Of a stretch of DNA of 64,000 bases, positions 49,873 to 62,824 are shown in pieces. The notes beneath the pieces were generated by a model. That model did not search any database, was not told the DNA's origin, and saw nothing but the letters and a program-made list of their open reading frames with translations. Position 1 is the stretch's first letter. The number at the start of each line of letters is the position of its first letter. The translations under genes and the position numbers were made by a program. Source of the stretch: an uncultured Bacteroidota bacterium (GTDB lineage: Bacteria > Bacteroidota > Bacteroidia > Flavobacteriales > UBA7312); assembly GCA_902580855.1 (NCBI GenBank), contig CACHMF010000002.1:5444-69443 (forward strand). Direction: 5' to 3'.

Positions 49873-52800
49873 TTATTCAGCTACTGCTGTTTCTTCTAAT
49901 GTAGATTCTGCTTCCTCCATACTTTTTCTCTCCATTAAAGTATCGTACTCTTCTTGAGATCCTACCACTAAATTATCAAAAATTCGAAGACCTGTACCTG
50001 CAGGAATTTTATGCCCTACAATTACATTTTCTTTCAATCCGTCTAATGAATCACGTTTTCCGTTAATAGCAGCAGCATTCAATACTTTAGTTGTTTCCTG
50101 GAAAGAAGCCGCAGAAACCCAACTCTTAGTTTGAAGAGATGCTCTAGTAATTCCTTGAAGAACCTGATCACCTGTTGCTGGCATAGCATCACGAGCAGTT
50201 GCTGTCTGCATATCTTTACGCTTTAAAAATGAATTTTCTTCTAATAATTTACGTGCAGAAACAATTTGTCCAGCGCTTAGCGTTTCAGAATCTCCTGAGT
50301 CTTCTACTACTTTCATACCGTAGATTCTGTCATTTTCTTCCATGAACTCAAGCTTGGTAACAATTTGCTTTTCAAGAAAACGAGTATCACCTGCATCCAC
50401 AATTGTCATCTTACGCATCATCTGACGAACAATTACTTCAAAGTGCTTGTCATTAATCTTCATTCCCTGTAAACGATATACTTCTTGCACCTCATTTACA
50501 ATATATTCTTGTACAGCTGTAGGTCCTTTAATTCGTAGTATATCAGCAGGTGTAATCGAACCATCACATAAAGCCATTCCTGACTTCACATAGTCATTCT
50601 CTTGTACTAAAATGTGCTTTGATAAAGGAATCAAGTATTTCTTCACTTCACCTGATTTTGATGTTACGATAACTTCTTTGTTACCACGCTTAATCTTTTT
50701 ACCAAATGAAATGATTCCATCAATTTCTGTAACAACAGCGGGGTTCGATGGATTACGAGCTTCGAAAAGCTCAGTTACCCTAGGAAGACCACCTGTAATA
50801 TCACCTAAAGAAGCGGCAATTCTTGGAATCTTAGCAACTATCTTACCTGCTTTAATTTTATCACCTTCATTAACTGTAAGGTGCGCTTTAACAGGAATAC
50901 TATAGTTTCGCTCTGCTTCTCCTTTTTTATTCAAAATATTAACTGTAGGATTCAATGTTTTATCCTTACGCTCGATCATTACTTTTTCTTGGAAACCTGT
51001 TTGCTCATCTGATTCGATACGGTAAGATATACCTTCAGTGATATCAGTGTATCCAATCTTACCATCAATTTCAGAAACAATTACTGCATTATATGGATCC
51101 CAATTACAAATCATTGCGCCTTTCTTAATCTTCTTCCCATTTTCTGCATACAATGTTGCACCGTAAGGGATGTTATTTGTAGAAAGTACAATTCCTAATT
51201 TTTCATCAATTATTCTTGCTTCAGAAGTACGGGATAACACAATATTGATTTTATCTCCATTTTCATCCTCGGTAGCAATAACTCTTAGATCATCTATTTC
51301 TAACTTACCATCAAACTTAGCGATGTGACTAGATTCTGATGCGATTTTAGATGCTGTACCACCGAAGTGGAATGTACGTAATGTTAGCTGTGTACCCGGC
51401 TCACCAATTGATTGAGCAGCAACAACCCCTACAGCATCACCTGGAACAACCATGTTTCCAGTGGAAAGGTTTCTTCCGTAACATTTAGCACATAAACCAC
51501 GCTTTGCTTCACATGTTAAGGCTGAACGAATCTCAACTGTTTCAATTGGAGCATCTGAAATTGCTGCTGCCATATCTTCAGTAATCATATCGCCAGAGTT
51601 AACTAATACTTTGCTATTTCGAGGATCATATATATCATGAAGTGACACTCTACCTACAATACGATCAGCTAATGGCTCTACTATTTCATCATTCTTTTTC
51701 AGTGCTGCAGTTTCTAAACCTCTTAATGTTCCGCAGTCTTCAACAGTAATAACTACATCTTGTGATGCATCAACTAATCTTCTTGTTAAGTAACCTGCAT
51801 CCGCTGTTTTTAGTGCTGTATCGGCCAAACCTTTACGAGCACCATGAGTAGAAATAAAGTACTCTAGAATTGAAAGACCTTCTTTAAAATTAGCAATAAT
51901 TGGGTTTTCAATAATCGCAGCACCACTCTTATCACCAGACTTTTGCGGTTTTGCCATCAAACCTCTCATACCACCTAACTGCTTAATTTGTTCTTTCGAT
52001 CCTCTTGCACCAGAATCCAACATCATGTAAACTGAGTTAAATCCATCTCTATCTGACTTTAACTGAGACATTACTTTCTCTGTTAAGTGTGCGTTGGTAT
52101 TAGACCAAATATCAATTACTTGATTATATCTTTCATTATTTGTAATGAATCCCATATTATAGTTGGAAGAAACTTCATCCACCTGATCGTAAGCTTCACT
52201 AACCATTGTATTTTTCTCTTCAGGTATGATAACATCTCCAAGGTTAAATGACAAACCTCCCTTAAATGCCATCTTGTATCCAATTCCTTTAATATCATCA
52301 AGGAATTGTGCAGTTTTTGCCACTCCTGAAAGCTTCATCACATCACCAATAACATCTCTCAATGCTTTCTTTGTAAGCAACATATCTACAAAACCTACAT
52401 CCTCAGGAACAAATTCGTTGAATAAGATACGACCAACTGTTGTTTCAATTACTTTAGTTGATAATACTTCTTCTTCACGAACTATTGCTTTAACTTTAAC
52501 AACTGCGTGTAAATCTACTCGACCTTCGTTGTAAGCAATTTTCGCTTCCTCTAAAGAATAGAATGCTAAACCTTCTCCTTTCGCTCCTTTGAGAGGTTTG
52601 GTCATATAGTAAAGACCTAATACCATATCCTGAGAAGGAACGGTTACTGGAGCGCCGTTAGCAGGGTTCAAAATATTGTGAGATGCTAACATCAATAATT
52701 GAGCTTCCAAAACTGCTGACTCACCTAATGGTAAATGAACAGCCATCTGGTCACCATCGAAATCTGCGTTAAAGGCCGTACAAACTAATGGGTGTAGGCG

Positions 52801-54195
52801 AATTGCTTTACCTTCAATCATTACTGGTTGGAATGCTTGTATACCTAAACGGTGAAGCGTAGGTGCGCGGTTCAATAAAACCGGATGTCCTTTCATTACA
52901 TTTTCTAAGATATCCCAAACTACCGGTTCTCTTTTATCAATGATTTTCTTCGCAGATTTTACTGTTTTCACAATACCACGCTCAATCATTTTTCTTATGA
53001 CAAATGGCTTAAATAGCTCAGCTGCCATATCTTTTGGCAAACCACATTCGTCAAGTTTTAGTTCTGGTCCAACAACAATTACCGAACGAGCAGAATAATC
53101 AACACGCTTACCCAAAAGATTTTGGCGAAAACGCCCTTGCTTACCTTTTAAGGAATCAGAAAGAGATTTTAAGGCACGGTTTGATTCTGTTTTTACTGCA
53201 CTCGATTTACGAGAGTTATCAAACAAAGAGTCAACAGATTCCTGAAGCATACGCTTTTCATTACGCAAAATTACTTCTGGTGCTTTAATTTCAATCAAAC
53301 GCTTCAAACGGTTATTACGGATAATTACTCTACGATAAAGATCATTCAAATCTGAAGTAGCGAAACGACCTCCATCTAATGGAACAAGTGGTCTTAATTC
53401 TGGTGGAATAACCGGAATTACTTTAACAACCATCCATTCTGGCTTATTCTCAATACGCGTATTTGCATCACGGAATGCCTCAATTACTTGAAGACGCTTC
53501 AACGCTTCTGCTTTTCTTTGTTGAGATGTTTCGTTGTTAGCTTTGTGACGAAGATCGTAAGATAATTGATCTAAGTCCAAACGCTTTAATAATTCAATGA
53601 GTGCCACTGCACCCATCTTAGCAATAAATTTGTTTGGATCTTCATCATCTAAGTAGCGATTCTCAGCTGGAATACGCTCTAAAACGTCTAAGTACTCTTC
53701 TTCCGTTAAGAAATCCATAAATTGTAATGGTTCTCCTTCATCGTTAACAGCAGTACCTGATTGAATAACTACATAACGCTCGTAGTAAATAATCATATCT
53801 AACTTCTTACTTGGTAAACCTAAGAGGTAACCAATCTTGTTAGGGTTAGATTTTGAATACCAAATATGTGCTACAGGAACAACTAATTGGATGTGTCCTG
53901 TACGTTCTCTACGGACTTTTTTCTCGGTAACTTCTACACCACAACGGTCACAAACTATTCCTTTGTAACGGATACGCTTATATTTACCACAGTGACATTC
54001 GTAATCTTTGGTAGGACCAAAAATACGCTCACAAAATAAACCATCTCTTTCTGGTTTGTAAGTACGATAATTGATTGTTTCTGGCTTTGTTACTTCACCG
54101 CTCGACTTACCTAAAATATCTTCAGGTGATGCTAAGCTAATGGTGATGTTTGAAAAGCTACTATTTGTTTCTTTTTTACCTCTTTTAATTGCCAT
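49873..54195 (-). CDS. rpoC: DNA-directed RNA polymerase subunit beta'
   Basis: NADFDGDQM catalytic motif, a Zn-binding CxC...CxxC N-terminus, and 1440 aa. Confidence 0.98.
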   Translation of the reverse strand: MAIKRGKKETNSSFSNITISLASPEDILGKSSGEVTKPETINYRTYKPERDGLFCERIFGPTKDYECHCGKYKRIRYKGIVCDRCGVEVTEKKVRRERTGHIQLVVPVAHIWYSKSNPNKIGYLLGLPSKKLDMIIYYERYVVIQSGTAVNDEGEPLQFMDFLTEEEYLDVLERIPAENRYLDDEDPNKFIAKMGAVALIELLKRLDLDQLSYDLRHKANNETSQQRKAEALKRLQVIEAFRDANTRIENKPEWMVVKVIPVIPPELRPLVPLDGGRFATSDLNDLYRRVIIRNNRLKRLIEIKAPEVILRNEKRMLQESVDSLFDNSRKSSAVKTESNRALKSLSDSLKGKQGRFRQNLLGKRVDYSARSVIVVGPELKLDECGLPKDMAAELFKPFVIRKMIERGIVKTVKSAKKIIDKREPVVWDILENVMKGHPVLLNRAPTLHRLGIQAFQPVMIEGKAIRLHPLVCTAFNADFDGDQMAVHLPLGESAVLEAQLLMLASHNILNPANGAPVTVPSQDMVLGLYYMTKPLKGAKGEGLAFYSLEEAKIAYNEGRVDLHAVVKVKAIVREEEVLSTKVIETTVGRILFNEFVPEDVGFVDMLLTKKALRDVIGDVMKLSGVAKTAQFLDDIKGIGYKMAFKGGLSFNLGDVIIPEEKNTMVSEAYDQVDEVSSNYNMGFITNNERYNQVIDIWSNTNAHLTEKVMSQLKSDRDGFNSVYMMLDSGARGSKEQIKQLGGMRGLMAKPQKSGDKSGAAIIENPIIANFKEGLSILEYFISTHGARKGLADTALKTADAGYLTRRLVDASQDVVITVEDCGTLRGLETAALKKNDEIVEPLADRIVGRVSLHDIYDPRNSKVLVNSGDMITEDMAAAISDAPIETVEIRSALTCEAKRGLCAKCYGRNLSTGNMVVPGDAVGVVAAQSIGEPGTQLTLRTFHFGGTASKIASESSHIAKFDGKLEIDDLRVIATEDENGDKINIVLSRTSEARIIDEKLGIVLSTNNIPYGATLYAENGKKIKKGAMICNWDPYNAVIVSEIDGKIGYTDITEGISYRIESDEQTGFQEKVMIERKDKTLNPTVNILNKKGEAERNYSIPVKAHLTVNEGDKIKAGKIVAKIPRIAASLGDITGGLPRVTELFEARNPSNPAVVTEIDGIISFGKKIKRGNKEVIVTSKSGEVKKYLIPLSKHILVQENDYVKSGMALCDGSITPADILRIKGPTAVQEYIVNEVQEVYRLQGMKINDKHFEVIVRQMMRKMTIVDAGDTRFLEKQIVTKLEFMEENDRIYGMKVVEDSGDSETLSAGQIVSARKLLEENSFLKRKDMQTATARDAMPATGDQVLQGITRASLQTKSWVSAASFQETTKVLNAAAINGKRDSLDGLKENVIVGHKIPAGTGLRIFDNLVVGSQEEYDTLMERKSMEEAESTLEETAVAE

Positions 54196-54223
54196 GATAT
54201 ATAGAGTATTAAAGTGTTCTTAA

Positions 54224-57200
54224 TTAGTCTAATGTTACTTTTAATCCTAAACCACCTAGTTCGTGTAACAATACGTTAAATGATTCTGGAATACCGGGCG
54301 TTGGCATTGGGTTTCCTTTCACAATGGACTCGTAAGCCTTGGCTCTACCAACAACATCATCAGATTTGATTGTCAACATTTCTTGTAGAATGTTAGAAGC
54401 CCCATAACCCTCTAATGCCCAAACCTCCATCTCTCCTAAACGCTGACCACCGAATTGTGCTTTACCACCTAATGGCTGTTGAGTAATTAAAGAGTAAGGC
54501 CCAATAGAACGAGCATGCATTTTATCATCAACCATGTGTCCAAGCTTTAACATATAGATAATTCCAACTGTTGCTGGCTGGTCAAAACGCTCGCCAGTAC
54601 CACCATCATACAAGTATGTTTGTCCGAATCGTGGAAGTCCTGCAGCGTCTGTTTCTTTATTAATATCATCGATAGAAGCTCCATCAAATACAGGTGTAAA
54701 GTATTTCTTATCCAACTTCTGTCCTGCCCAACCAAGTACAGTTTCATAAATCTGTCCAAGATTCATTCGAGAAGGTACACCAAGTGGATTCAATACAATA
54801 TCAACAGGCGTTCCATCTTCTAAAAATGGCATATCCTCATCACGAACAATTTTGGCAACAATACCTTTGTTTCCATGACGACCTGCTAATTTATCACCTA
54901 CTTGAATTTTACGTTTTTTTGCAATGTAAACTTTTGCAAGTTTCAACACTCCTGTTGGAAGTTCGTCTCCAACAGTAATAGCAAATTTCTTTCTTCTATT
55001 CTCTCCAAGAATCTCGCTATTTTTAAGAATATAATTGTTGAGTAACTTTTTCACATTTGTGTTAAGTTCTGAATCTACTGACCATTTTGTTTTTATTAAA
55101 TCTAGTGCTTCGAAATCTACAACTTGAAGTCCTTTCAATGTAAATTTAGTTCCCTTTGGAATAATATCCTCTCCTAAACGAGTTACCAATCCTTGAGAAG
55201 TTTTACCACTTAATAAAGTAAATAGCTTAGAAACTAACAGAGATTTCAAGGCTGCTTTGGCCTTATTAAACTCCGCTTCAAGCACTTCTAATTCCTCTTT
55301 ATCTTCGGCTCTTTTACGCTTGTCTTTTACTGATTTAGAGAACAACTTTTTATCTATTACTACACCTTTAAATGAAGGACGAGCTTTTAATGATGCATCT
55401 TTAACATCTCCCGCCTTATCACCAAAAATAGCTTTCAAAAGTTTCTCTTCTGGAGTTGGATCAGACTCACCCTTTGGTGTAATTTTACCGATAATAATAT
55501 CACCAGCTTTTACGTCAGCACCAACGCGAATCATTCCGTGCTCATCTAAGTCTTTTGTTGCCTCTTCACTTACATTAGGAATATCCGCTGTGAGTTCCTC
55601 AGAACCACGCTTAGTTTCACGAACATTAACAACCATTTCTTCAATGTGAACAGAAGTAAATAAATCTTCTCTAACTACACGCTCTGAAAGTACAATTGCA
55701 TCCTCGAAGTTATATCCTTTCCAAGGCATAAATGCTACTTTCAAATTCTGACCAATTGCTAATTCACCATTTTGAGTTGCATATCCCTCACAAAGGACTT
55801 GTCCTTTCGTAACCTTGTCACCCTTTTGGACAATTGGTTTTAAGTTAATACAAGTATTTTGGTTAGTCTTCTTAAACTTTGTTAACTCGTAAATTTTCAC
55901 TTCATCATCAAAACTTAACAACTTTTGTTCTTCAGACATTTCATAACGAATGTGAATCTCATTTGAATCAACATACTCAACAACACCATTCCCTTCTGCA
56001 TTTACAAGAACTCTAGAATCACGAGCTACTTGTGGCTCTAATCCTGTACCTACAATAGGTGAATCTGTTTTTACTAACGGTACAGCCTGACGCATCATGT
56101 TAGAACCCATCAATGCTCGGTTTGCATCATCATGCTCTAAGAAAGGAATCAAAGATGCCGCAATGGAAGCAATCTGATTAGGAGCAACATCCATCAATGT
56201 AATATTGTTTGGTTCAGTAACCGGAAAATCACCTTCGTATCGAGCTTTAACCCTGTCGTTTTCAAATTGACCTTTATCAGTAATAGGAGCGTTTGCTTGC
56301 GCAATCGTCATATTGTCCTCACCTTCGGCAGTTAAATAAATTGGATCTTTCTTCAGTTGAACAACTCCTTCGTCTACTGGACGATAAGGTGTCTCAATAA
56401 AACCTAGATTATTTACTTTAGCGTAAACACAAAGGGAAGATATAAGACCAATATTTGGTCCTTCTGGTGTTTCAATTGGACACAAGCGACCATAGTGTGT
56501 GTAGTGAACATCACGCACCTCGAAACCTGCTCTTTCTCTTGAAAGACCCCCAGGTCCTAGGGCTGACAACCTACGTTTGTGTGTTACCTCTGCTAATGGA
56601 TTTGTTTGATCCATAAACTGAGATAATTGATTAGTTCCGAAGAAAGAGTTGATAACAGATGATAATGTTTTTGCATTGATCAAATCTGTAGGAGTAAATA
56701 CTTCATTATCACGAACATTCATTCGCTCACGAATGGTTCTTGCCATTCTTGAAAGGCCTACACCAAACTGATTAGATAATTGTTCACCAACAGTCCTTAC
56801 TCTACGATTACTTAAGTGATCAATATCATCAACATTTGTTTTTGAATTAGCTAACTCAATTAAGTTTTTGATGATAGAGATTATATCCTGCTTTGTTAAA
56901 ATCTGTATGTCAGAGTCAACATCTAACTTCAGCTTTTTGTTTATTCTGAATCTACCAACTTCCCCTAAGCTATAGCGTTGTTCTGAGAAAAACAACTTGT
57001 CGATAATACCACGGGCTGTTTCTTCATCGGGTGGCTCGGCGTTACGTAGCTGACGATAAATATGAATTACAGCTTCTTTTTCCGAGTTTGTTGGGTCTTT
57101 TTGAAGCGTATTGTAAATAATTGCATAATCTGCAGAACTTATATCCTCTTTATGTAAAAGGATTGTTTTTGTTCCTGAATCTACAATCTCATCAATGTGT

Positions 57201-58039
57201 TCTTTTGCAATAATAGTTTCACGGTCTACAACAACTTCGTTACGCTCGATAGACACAACCTCTCCTGTATCTTCATCTACGAAGTCTTCAACCCATGTTT
57301 TGAGTACACGTGCCGCTAATCTACGACCGATGACACGTTTCAATGCAGCCTTGCTTACTTTAATTTCGTCAGCAAGGTCGAATATTTCTAAAATATCCTT
57401 ATCATTTTCAAATCCAATAGCACGTAAAAGAGTTGTTACAGGTAACTTCTTTTTACGATCGATGTAAGCATACATCACATTATGAATATCGTTAGCAAAT
57501 TCAATCCATGAACCTTTGAAAGGAATAACTCTTGCAGAGTAGAGCTTAGTACCATTAGCATGAAATGAATGGCTAAAGAAAACCCCGGGAGAACGGTGTA
57601 ACTGAGAAACAATGACACGCTCCGCTCCATTAATTACGAAGGTTCCTTTTGGAGTCATATATGGGATAGATCCCAAAAACACTTCTTGCTCGATTGTTTC
57701 AAAATCTTCGTGATCAGGGTCAGTACAGTATAGTTTTAATTTTGCTTTTAAAGGGACTTTAAAAGTTAATCCTCTTTGAATACATTCTTCAATTGTATAT
57801 CTAGGAGGGTCTATTGCATAATCCAAAAACTCCAACACGAAGTTATTTCTTGAATCGCTAATAGGAAAATTGTCATTGAAGACCGAATATAAGCCTTCTT
57901 CTGTTCGCTTTTCAGCTGATGAACCAATTTGTAAAAAATCGTTGAACGATTTTAACTGGATATCTAGAAAATCCGGATAATCTAATCGATTTTTAATCGA
58001 TGCGAAATTGATTCTTTGAGAGGTTTTATTTTGAGCCAA
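54224..58039 (-). CDS. rpoB: DNA-directed RNA polymerase subunit beta
   Basis: 1271 aa. [12 protein letters not shown], the rif-cluster region ([16 protein letters not shown]) and the C-terminal MEVWALE motif. Confidence 0.98.
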   Translation of the reverse strand: MAQNKTSQRINFASIKNRLDYPDFLDIQLKSFNDFLQIGSSAEKRTEEGLYSVFNDNFPISDSRNNFVLEFLDYAIDPPRYTIEECIQRGLTFKVPLKAKLKLYCTDPDHEDFETIEQEVFLGSIPYMTPKGTFVINGAERVIVSQLHRSPGVFFSHSFHANGTKLYSARVIPFKGSWIEFANDIHNVMYAYIDRKKKLPVTTLLRAIGFENDKDILEIFDLADEIKVSKAALKRVIGRRLAARVLKTWVEDFVDEDTGEVVSIERNEVVVDRETIIAKEHIDEIVDSGTKTILLHKEDISSADYAIIYNTLQKDPTNSEKEAVIHIYRQLRNAEPPDEETARGIIDKLFFSEQRYSLGEVGRFRINKKLKLDVDSDIQILTKQDIISIIKNLIELANSKTNVDDIDHLSNRRVRTVGEQLSNQFGVGLSRMARTIRERMNVRDNEVFTPTDLINAKTLSSVINSFFGTNQLSQFMDQTNPLAEVTHKRRLSALGPGGLSRERAGFEVRDVHYTHYGRLCPIETPEGPNIGLISSLCVYAKVNNLGFIETPYRPVDEGVVQLKKDPIYLTAEGEDNMTIAQANAPITDKGQFENDRVKARYEGDFPVTEPNNITLMDVAPNQIASIAASLIPFLEHDDANRALMGSNMMRQAVPLVKTDSPIVGTGLEPQVARDSRVLVNAEGNGVVEYVDSNEIHIRYEMSEEQKLLSFDDEVKIYELTKFKKTNQNTCINLKPIVQKGDKVTKGQVLCEGYATQNGELAIGQNLKVAFMPWKGYNFEDAIVLSERVVREDLFTSVHIEEMVVNVRETKRGSEELTADIPNVSEEATKDLDEHGMIRVGADVKAGDIIIGKITPKGESDPTPEEKLLKAIFGDKAGDVKDASLKARPSFKGVVIDKKLFSKSVKDKRKRAEDKEELEVLEAEFNKAKAALKSLLVSKLFTLLSGKTSQGLVTRLGEDIIPKGTKFTLKGLQVVDFEALDLIKTKWSVDSELNTNVKKLLNNYILKNSEILGENRRKKFAITVGDELPTGVLKLAKVYIAKKRKIQVGDKLAGRHGNKGIVAKIVRDEDMPFLEDGTPVDIVLNPLGVPSRMNLGQIYETVLGWAGQKLDKKYFTPVFDGASIDDINKETDAAGLPRFGQTYLYDGGTGERFDQPATVGIIYMLKLGHMVDDKMHARSIGPYSLITQQPLGGKAQFGGQRLGEMEVWALEGYGASNILQEMLTIKSDDVVGRAKAYESIVKGNPMPTPGIPESFNVLLHELGGLGLKVTLD

Positions 58040-58086
58040 TTTACTAAGGTATTAGTTCGTTAAAAAAATGCGTCGCGTGTAACGAC

Positions 58087-58125
58087 AAAATGGTTTAAGC
58101 CCTAGAACACTCTAGGGCCTAAACC
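58087..58125 (-). terminator. rplL-rpoB intergenic attenuator hairpin (partial terminator)
   Basis: 15-bp stem (58092-58106 / 58111-58125). Its single imperfect pair is A-C on the plus strand but G-U on the minus (transcribed) strand. A weak U-tract (AUUUUG) follows on the minus strand. The position matches the known E. coli rplL-rpoB attenuator. Confidence 0.6.
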
Positions 58126-58148
58126 TTTTTAAGTTTTACTGAGTGAAC

Positions 58149-58526
58149 TTATTTAAGTTCTACTTCAGCACCTGCTTCTTCAAGCTGAGTCTTAAGCGCT
58201 TCTGCTTCATCTTTAGCTACTCCTTCTTTGATTGCTTTAGGAGCACCGTCAACGATTTCTTTTGCTTCTTTAAGACCTAAACCAGTTAATTCTTTAACAA
58301 GTTTTACAACTGCTAGTTTAGAACCACCAGCTGCTGTTAAGATAACATCGAATTCTGATTTCTCTTCAGCACCGCCAGAAGCACCGCCAGAAGCAGGACC
58401 TGCAACAGCTACTGCAGCAGCAGCTGGTTCAATTCCGTACTCATCTTTTAAGATATCAGCTAATTCGTTTACTTCTTTTACAGTTAGGTTTACTAACTGT
58501 TCCGCGAAAGCTTTTAAATCTGCCAT
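58149..58526 (-). CDS. rplL: 50S ribosomal protein L7/L12
   Basis: An N-terminal dimerisation helix, an Ala/Gly hinge, and the C-terminal domain [15 protein letters not shown]. Confidence 0.97.
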   Translation of the reverse strand: MADLKAFAEQLVNLTVKEVNELADILKDEYGIEPAAAAVAVAGPASGGASGGAEEKSEFDVILTAAGGSKLAVVKLVKELTGLGLKEAKEIVDGAPKAIKEGVAKDEAEALKTQLEEAGAEVELK

Positions 58527-58607
58527 TTTAATTTGATTTTAATGTTTTAAATTTTGTTTTAATGTGGAAGCATTAAATTTAACAGTGGTGCGTATCACTG
58601 TATATTA

Positions 58608-59129
58608 CTACTCGACTCTATCAGCTAGAGCTTTCAATATTCCAGATAACTTGCCACTACCAGATTGAAGTGAAGAAATAACATTCTTCGGAGGTGATTG
58701 AAGCAGTGTAATAATTTCTCCAATCAACTCGTCTTTCGACTTCAATGTAGATAGCACCTCAACTTGATCATCACCGAAATAAAAGCTTTCTTCAATAAAA
58801 GCAGCTTTTAAAACCGGCTTGTCTTGTTTTTTTCTGAATTCCTTAATAACCTTTGCTGGTGCATTTCCTGCTTCTGAAAACATGATAGCGGTGTTTCCTT
58901 TAAGAGATTGGTAAAGCTCTGCAAAGTCAACATCGTTTTTCTCCATTGCTTTTTTAAGAAGAGTATTCTTGATTACTTGAATATGAACATCACTCTTAAA
59001 ACAAAGGCGTCTTAAGTCACTGTTACTTTCAGCCGTTAAGCCAGAAATATCAGTTAGGTAAAAATTTTTATTATCCGACAACTGTGAGTTTAAGTTGTCA
59101 ATTTCTTGGTTTTTTTCTTCTCTTGTCAT
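58608..59129 (-). CDS. rplJ: 50S ribosomal protein L10
   Basis: 173 aa. Its position between rplA and rplL and its L10-like sequence support the call. Confidence 0.93.
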   Translation of the reverse strand: MTREEKNQEIDNLNSQLSDNKNFYLTDISGLTAESNSDLRRLCFKSDVHIQVIKNTLLKKAMEKNDVDFAELYQSLKGNTAIMFSEAGNAPAKVIKEFRKKQDKPVLKAAFIEESFYFGDDQVEVLSTLKSKDELIGEIITLLQSPPKNVISSLQSGSGKLSGILKALADRVE

Positions 59130-59146
59130 AATTTTATACTTTATGA

Positions 59147-59836
59147 TTAGATAGATTTTTCATCAATGCGCACGCTTGGACTCATAGTGCTAGACATAGA
59201 AACGCTTTGCATGTATGTTCCTTTAGCAGCGGCTGGCTTTAGCTTTACAATTGTTTGAAGCAACTCATTAGCATTTTCTTCTAATTTTTTAGCATCAAAC
59301 GAAGCTTTACCTATAGCGGCATGAATAATTCCGAACTTATCAACTTTAAAGTCGATTTTACCTTTTTTCACATCTGAAACGGCTTTACCAACTTCCATAG
59401 TAACAGTTCCTGTTTTTGGGTTTGGCATTAAACCTCTTGGTCCCAAAACTCGACCTAAAGCTCCAATTTTGCCCATTACAGCAGGCATTGTGATGATTAC
59501 ATCAATATCAGTCCAACCTTCTTTGATTTTTGTGATAAAGTCATCTAAACCTACATAATCTGCTCCGGCTTCTTTTGCTTCAGATTCCTTGTCAGGAGTT
59601 ACTAATGCTAAAACCTTTACATCTTTTCCTGTTCCATGAGGTAAAGTTACAACGCCTCTAACCATTTGATTTGCTTGACGCGGATCTACACCTAATTTCA
59701 CAGCAACATCTACAGAGGCATCAAACTTAGTTGTTGAAATTTCTTTCATTAAATCTGCTGCCTCAGCTACAGTGTAAGATTTATTCTTATCAATCTTAGC
59801 AACTGCATCTTTTCTTTTTTTACTTACTCTTGCCAT
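59147..59836 (-). CDS. rplA: 50S ribosomal protein L1
   Basis: MARVSKKRK start and the [11 protein letters not shown] motif. The ATG at 59836 is preferred to the track start at 59866, which overlaps rplK. Confidence 0.96.
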   Translation of the reverse strand: MARVSKKRKDAVAKIDKNKSYTVAEAADLMKEISTTKFDASVDVAVKLGVDPRQANQMVRGVVTLPHGTGKDVKVLALVTPDKESEAKEAGADYVGLDDFITKIKEGWTDIDVIITMPAVMGKIGALGRVLGPRGLMPNPKTGTVTMEVGKAVSDVKKGKIDFKVDKFGIIHAAIGKASFDAKKLEENANELLQTIVKLKPAAAKGTYMQSVSMSSTMSPSVRIDEKSI

Positions 59837-59840
59837 AGTT

Positions 59841-60287
59841 TTAGTTGTTTGCAGGTGCTGTTCCACCTTTTACTGTAATTCCCATACTACGCGCTGTTCC
59901 TGCAATCATATTCATCGCAGAATCAACGGTAAATGCATTCAGGTCAGGCATTTTGTCCTCAGCAATTGCTCTTACTTGATCCCAAGTAACAGAGGCAACT
60001 TTACTACGGTTTGGTTCACTAGAACCTTTTTTCTTTTTGGCTGCTTCCAAAAGTTGCACTGCTGCAGGTGCTGTTTTGATAACAAATTCAAACGATTTAT
60101 CAGCATAAACAGTGATTACAACAGGCAATACTTTACCTTGCTTATCTTGAGTTCTTGCATTAAACTGCTTACAGAACTCCATGATATTAACTCCAGCGGC
60201 ACCTAAAGCGGGTCCAACCGGTGGCGATGGATTCGCAGCACCTCCCCTAACCTGTAATTTAACGATTTTACTTACTTCTTTTGCCAT
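59841..60287 (-). CDS. rplK: 50S ribosomal protein L11
   Basis: [20 protein letters not shown] motif. Confidence 0.97.
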   Translation of the reverse strand: MAKEVSKIVKLQVRGGAANPSPPVGPALGAAGVNIMEFCKQFNARTQDKQGKVLPVVITVYADKSFEFVIKTAPAAVQLLEAAKKKKGSSEPNRSKVASVTWDQVRAIAEDKMPDLNAFTVDSAMNMIAGTARSMGITVKGGTAPANN

Positions 60288-60373
60288 TTTAACTTTAGTT
60301 TTGAACCTCTTAGAAGATTAAGAGTTGGAAGCTTGCTCGATACTTCTTTTGGTTCGTCATTATTTAATAATAA

Positions 60374-60916
60374 TTACTCTTTTTCTACTTGCATAAAGCT
60401 TAGTTCTACAGGTGTTTTTCTTCCGAAAATCTTCACCGTTACACGTAGCTTTTTCTTTTGTTCGTCAATCTCTTCAATAATTCCACTGAAACTATTGAAT
60501 GGACCGTCTACTACTTTTACAGACTCTCCAACAACAAATGGAATTACAATTTCTTCATCACTTACAGCTAATTCATCAACCTTACCTAAAATACGATTAA
60601 CTTCTGATTGACGCATTGGCACAGGCTCTCCTCCTTTGGTAGCACCCAAGAAACCAATCACACCAGGAATTGCTTTTATTGTGTGAGGAATTTCTCCAAC
60701 TAAATCAGCTTCAATCAATACATATCCCGGAAAGAAGTTACGCTCTTTGCTTACTTTCTTGCCATTACGAATTTGATAAACCTTCTCTGTAGGCACTAAT
60801 ACCTGTGAGATATAATCCTCCAAATCCAATCGAGAAATTTCATTCTCAATATACGTACAGACTTTTTTCTCTTGTCCGCCGATGGCTCTTACTACATACC
60901 ACTTTTTATCTGCCAT
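60374..60916 (-). CDS. nusG: Transcription termination/antitermination factor NusG
   Basis: NGN domain (KWYVVRAIGGQEKKV) and a C-terminal KOW motif (GESVKVVDGPFNSFSGIIEEI). Confidence 0.96.
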   Translation of the reverse strand: MADKKWYVVRAIGGQEKKVCTYIENEISRLDLEDYISQVLVPTEKVYQIRNGKKVSKERNFFPGYVLIEADLVGEIPHTIKAIPGVIGFLGATKGGEPVPMRQSEVNRILGKVDELAVSDEEIVIPFVVGESVKVVDGPFNSFSGIIEEIDEQKKKLRVTVKIFGRKTPVELSFMQVEKE

Positions 60917-60928
60917 GCTTTCTCAGTC

Positions 60929-61120
60929 TTAAAACGATCCGTATAACCATTCCATGATATTTCGGAAGCTTAAATCCATTAGATAAACAATCAATGCTAT
61001 AATTAAAGATGCTACAGCAACAACTACCGAACTACTTTGTAAATCTTTCCAGGTTGGCCATGACACTTTGTTTAAAAGATCGTCTGCCGACTCTTTAATA
61101 TATGTAACGAATTTTGCCAT
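60929..61120 (-). CDS. secE: Preprotein translocase subunit SecE
   Basis: 63 aa with a single C-terminal TM helix, located between tRNA-Trp and nusG. The ATG at 61120 is preferred, because the track start at 61183 runs into the tRNA. Confidence 0.9.
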   Translation of the reverse strand: MAKFVTYIKESADDLLNKVSWPTWKDLQSSSVVVAVASLIIALIVYLMDLSFRNIMEWLYGSF

Positions 61121-61136
61121 TTCTTTTCTCTTTTTG

Positions 61137-61209
61137 CACGGGTGGAGAGACTCGAACTCCCAGCCAATGGTTTTGGAGACCACTACTCTACCAATTGAGC
61201 TACACCCGT
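61137..61209 (-). tRNA. tRNA-Trp (anticodon CCA)
   Basis: Manual cloverleaf on the minus strand: ACGGGTG-TA-GCTC..AGAGT-A-GTGGT-CTCCAAA-ACCAT-TGGCT-GGGAG-TTCGAGT-CTCTC-CACCCGT-G. No CCA is encoded. Confidence 0.9.
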
Positions 61210-61221
61210 AAAAACAGCAAT

Positions 61222-61247
61222 AGGAAAGGTCTTTATAGACCTCTCCT
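61222..61247 (-). terminator. tuf-distal hairpin (possible attenuator or processing structure before tRNA-Trp)
   Basis: 10-bp stem whose odd pair is A-C on the plus strand but G-U on the minus strand. The U-run (GUUUUU) begins 7 nt after the stem, so this is not a canonical terminator. Confidence 0.35.
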
Positions 61248-61271
61248 GTTCACTGTTTATAAAAACTTATT

Positions 61272-62459
61272 TTACTGTACGATCTCTGTAATCTGACCAG
61301 CACCTACTGTTCTACCTCCTTCACGGATTGCAAAACGTAAACCAACGCTCATCGCTACTTTATTGATCAACTCTACAGTAATTGTTAAGTTATCACCTGG
61401 CATTACCATCTCTGTTCCATCAGGAAGTTGGATTTCACCAGTTACGTCTGTAGTTCTTAAGTAGAACTGTGGACGGTATTTATTATGGAATGGAGTATGA
61501 CGTCCACCCTCTTCTTTCTTTAAGATATAAACCTCAGCTTTAAACTTTGTGTGAGGAGTTACAGAGCCAGGCTTACAAATTACCATACCTCTTTTGATAT
61601 CAGACTTCTCAATACCACGAAGTAAAATACCTACATTATCTCCAGCTTCACCTCTGTCCAAAATCTTACGGAACATCTCAACCCCAGTAACAGTAGAACC
61701 TAATTTCTCAGCTCCCATACCGATAATATCGACAGCGTCACCTGTGTTAGCAACACCTGTTTCAATACGTCCTGTTGCTACAGTACCACGACCAGTTATA
61801 GTGAAAACATCCTCAATTGGCATCAAGAAATCCTTTGCATTATCACGAACAGGCTCAGGAATATTCTCATCAACAGCATCCATCAATTTCATTACTGTGT
61901 CAACCCATTTTTGCTCTCCGTTTAATGCACCAAGTGCAGACCCAGCTATTACAGCAGCGTTGTCACCATCATAGTCGTAGAAAGAAAGTAATTCTCTCAC
62001 TTCCATTTCAACTAATTCTAATAGTTCTTCATCATCTACCATATCTACCTTGTTCATAAAAACAACAAGTGCAGGTACACCTACCTGACGAGCAAGTAGA
62101 ATGTGCTCACGTGTCTGAGGCATCGGGCCGTCAGTTGCAGCACAAACTAGGATTGCGCCATCCATCTGAGCAGCACCAGTAACCATGTTCTTTACGTAAT
62201 CCGCGTGACCCGGACAGTCAACGTGTGCATAGTGACGATTTGCTGTTTCATACTCAACATGAGCAGTGTTAATTGTAATACCTCTTTCTTTCTCTTCTGG
62301 AGCGTTATCGATCGAGTCAAACGCTTGCGCTTGCGCTAATCCAGCGTCCGCCAAAACCTTAGTAATAGCGGCAGTCAAGGTTGTTTTTCCGTGGTCAACG
62401 TGACCAATCGTACCAATATTTAAGTGTGGTTTGGTTCGATTAAAATTCTCTTTTGCCAT
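61272..62459 (-). CDS. tuf: Elongation factor Tu
   Basis: [17 protein letters not shown] and NKVD GTPase motifs, and 395 aa. Confidence 0.99.
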   Translation of the reverse strand: MAKENFNRTKPHLNIGTIGHVDHGKTTLTAAITKVLADAGLAQAQAFDSIDNAPEEKERGITINTAHVEYETANRHYAHVDCPGHADYVKNMVTGAAQMDGAILVCAATDGPMPQTREHILLARQVGVPALVVFMNKVDMVDDEELLELVEMEVRELLSFYDYDGDNAAVIAGSALGALNGEQKWVDTVMKLMDAVDENIPEPVRDNAKDFLMPIEDVFTITGRGTVATGRIETGVANTGDAVDIIGMGAEKLGSTVTGVEMFRKILDRGEAGDNVGILLRGIEKSDIKRGMVICKPGSVTPHTKFKAEVYILKKEEGGRHTPFHNKYRPQFYLRTTDVTGEIQLPDGTEMVMPGDNLTITVELINKVAMSVGLRFAIREGGRTVGAGQITEIVQ

Positions 62460-62536
62460 AGCTAGTTATTTTAGTTAAATAAATCCTAATTTAAATCTCT
62501 TTCATTATAGAGCTGTTGTTCTTTACATTATGATAG

Positions 62537-62608
62537 AGCCAATGACGGGATTTGAACCCGTGGCCTCTTCCTTACCAAGGAAACGCTCTACCCCTGAGCT
62601 ACATCGGC
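62537..62608 (-). tRNA. tRNA-Thr (anticodon GGT)
   Basis: Manual fold: GCCGATG-TA-GCTC..AGAGC-G-TTTCC-TTGGTAA-GGAAG-AGGCC-ACGGG-TTCAAAT-CCCGT-CATTGGC-T. Confidence 0.9.
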
Positions 62609-62615
62609 TTTTAGT

Positions 62616-62692
<77 letters not shown>

Positions 62693-62705
62693 TTCTAAAA
62701 TCTAG

Positions 62706-62787
62706 TGGGGAGAGCAGGATTCGAACCTACGAAGGCGTAGCCAGCAGATTTACAGTCTGCCCTCGTTGACCGCTTGAGTATCTCCCC
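62706..62787 (-). tRNA. tRNA-Tyr (anticodon GTA), long variable arm
   Basis: Manual fold: GGGGAGA-TA-CTCA..CGAG-G-GCAGA-CTGTAAA-TCTGC-(variable arm TGGCTACGCCTTC)-GTAGG-TTCGAAT-CCTGC-TCTCCCC-A. Confidence 0.9.
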
Positions 62788-62824
62788 AACACAATGAATG
62801 TAGCTCTTTTAAGTAAAAGAACTG

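Noticed and set aside
55257-55649. 130-aa Ser-rich ORF antisense to rpoB, plus similar antisense ORFs in rpoC, valS, icmF, purL and tuf
   Set aside because: All lie entirely inside strongly supported conserved genes on the opposite strand. They have low-complexity composition and no independent signals.
58373-58396. Tandem 12-nt duplication GCACCGCCAGAA x2
   Set aside because: It encodes the SGGASGG part of the flexible Ala/Gly hinge of L7/L12. This is an expected low-complexity region, not a regulatory repeat.
58228-58536. 102-aa ORF antisense to rplL, rich in Ala/Pro/Ser
   Set aside because: It is a mirror ORF produced by the GCN/GAA-rich rplL codons, and rplL itself is unambiguous.
60288-60373. 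Imperfect hairpin (CTCTTA-gaagat-TAAGAG) in the nusG-rplK spacer as a possible L1/L11 autoregulatory leader
   Set aside because: The stem is short and AT-rich, and I do not recall a conserved motif that would tie it to the L1-binding site. It needs a covariance-model search (Rfam r-protein leaders) to decide.
61114-61296. 60-aa plus-strand ORF, together with the 79-aa ORF at 62530-62769
   Set aside because: Both run antisense through tRNA genes (tRNA-Trp; tRNA-Thr/Gly/Tyr). Their GC-rich stems suppress stop codons. They are not coding.
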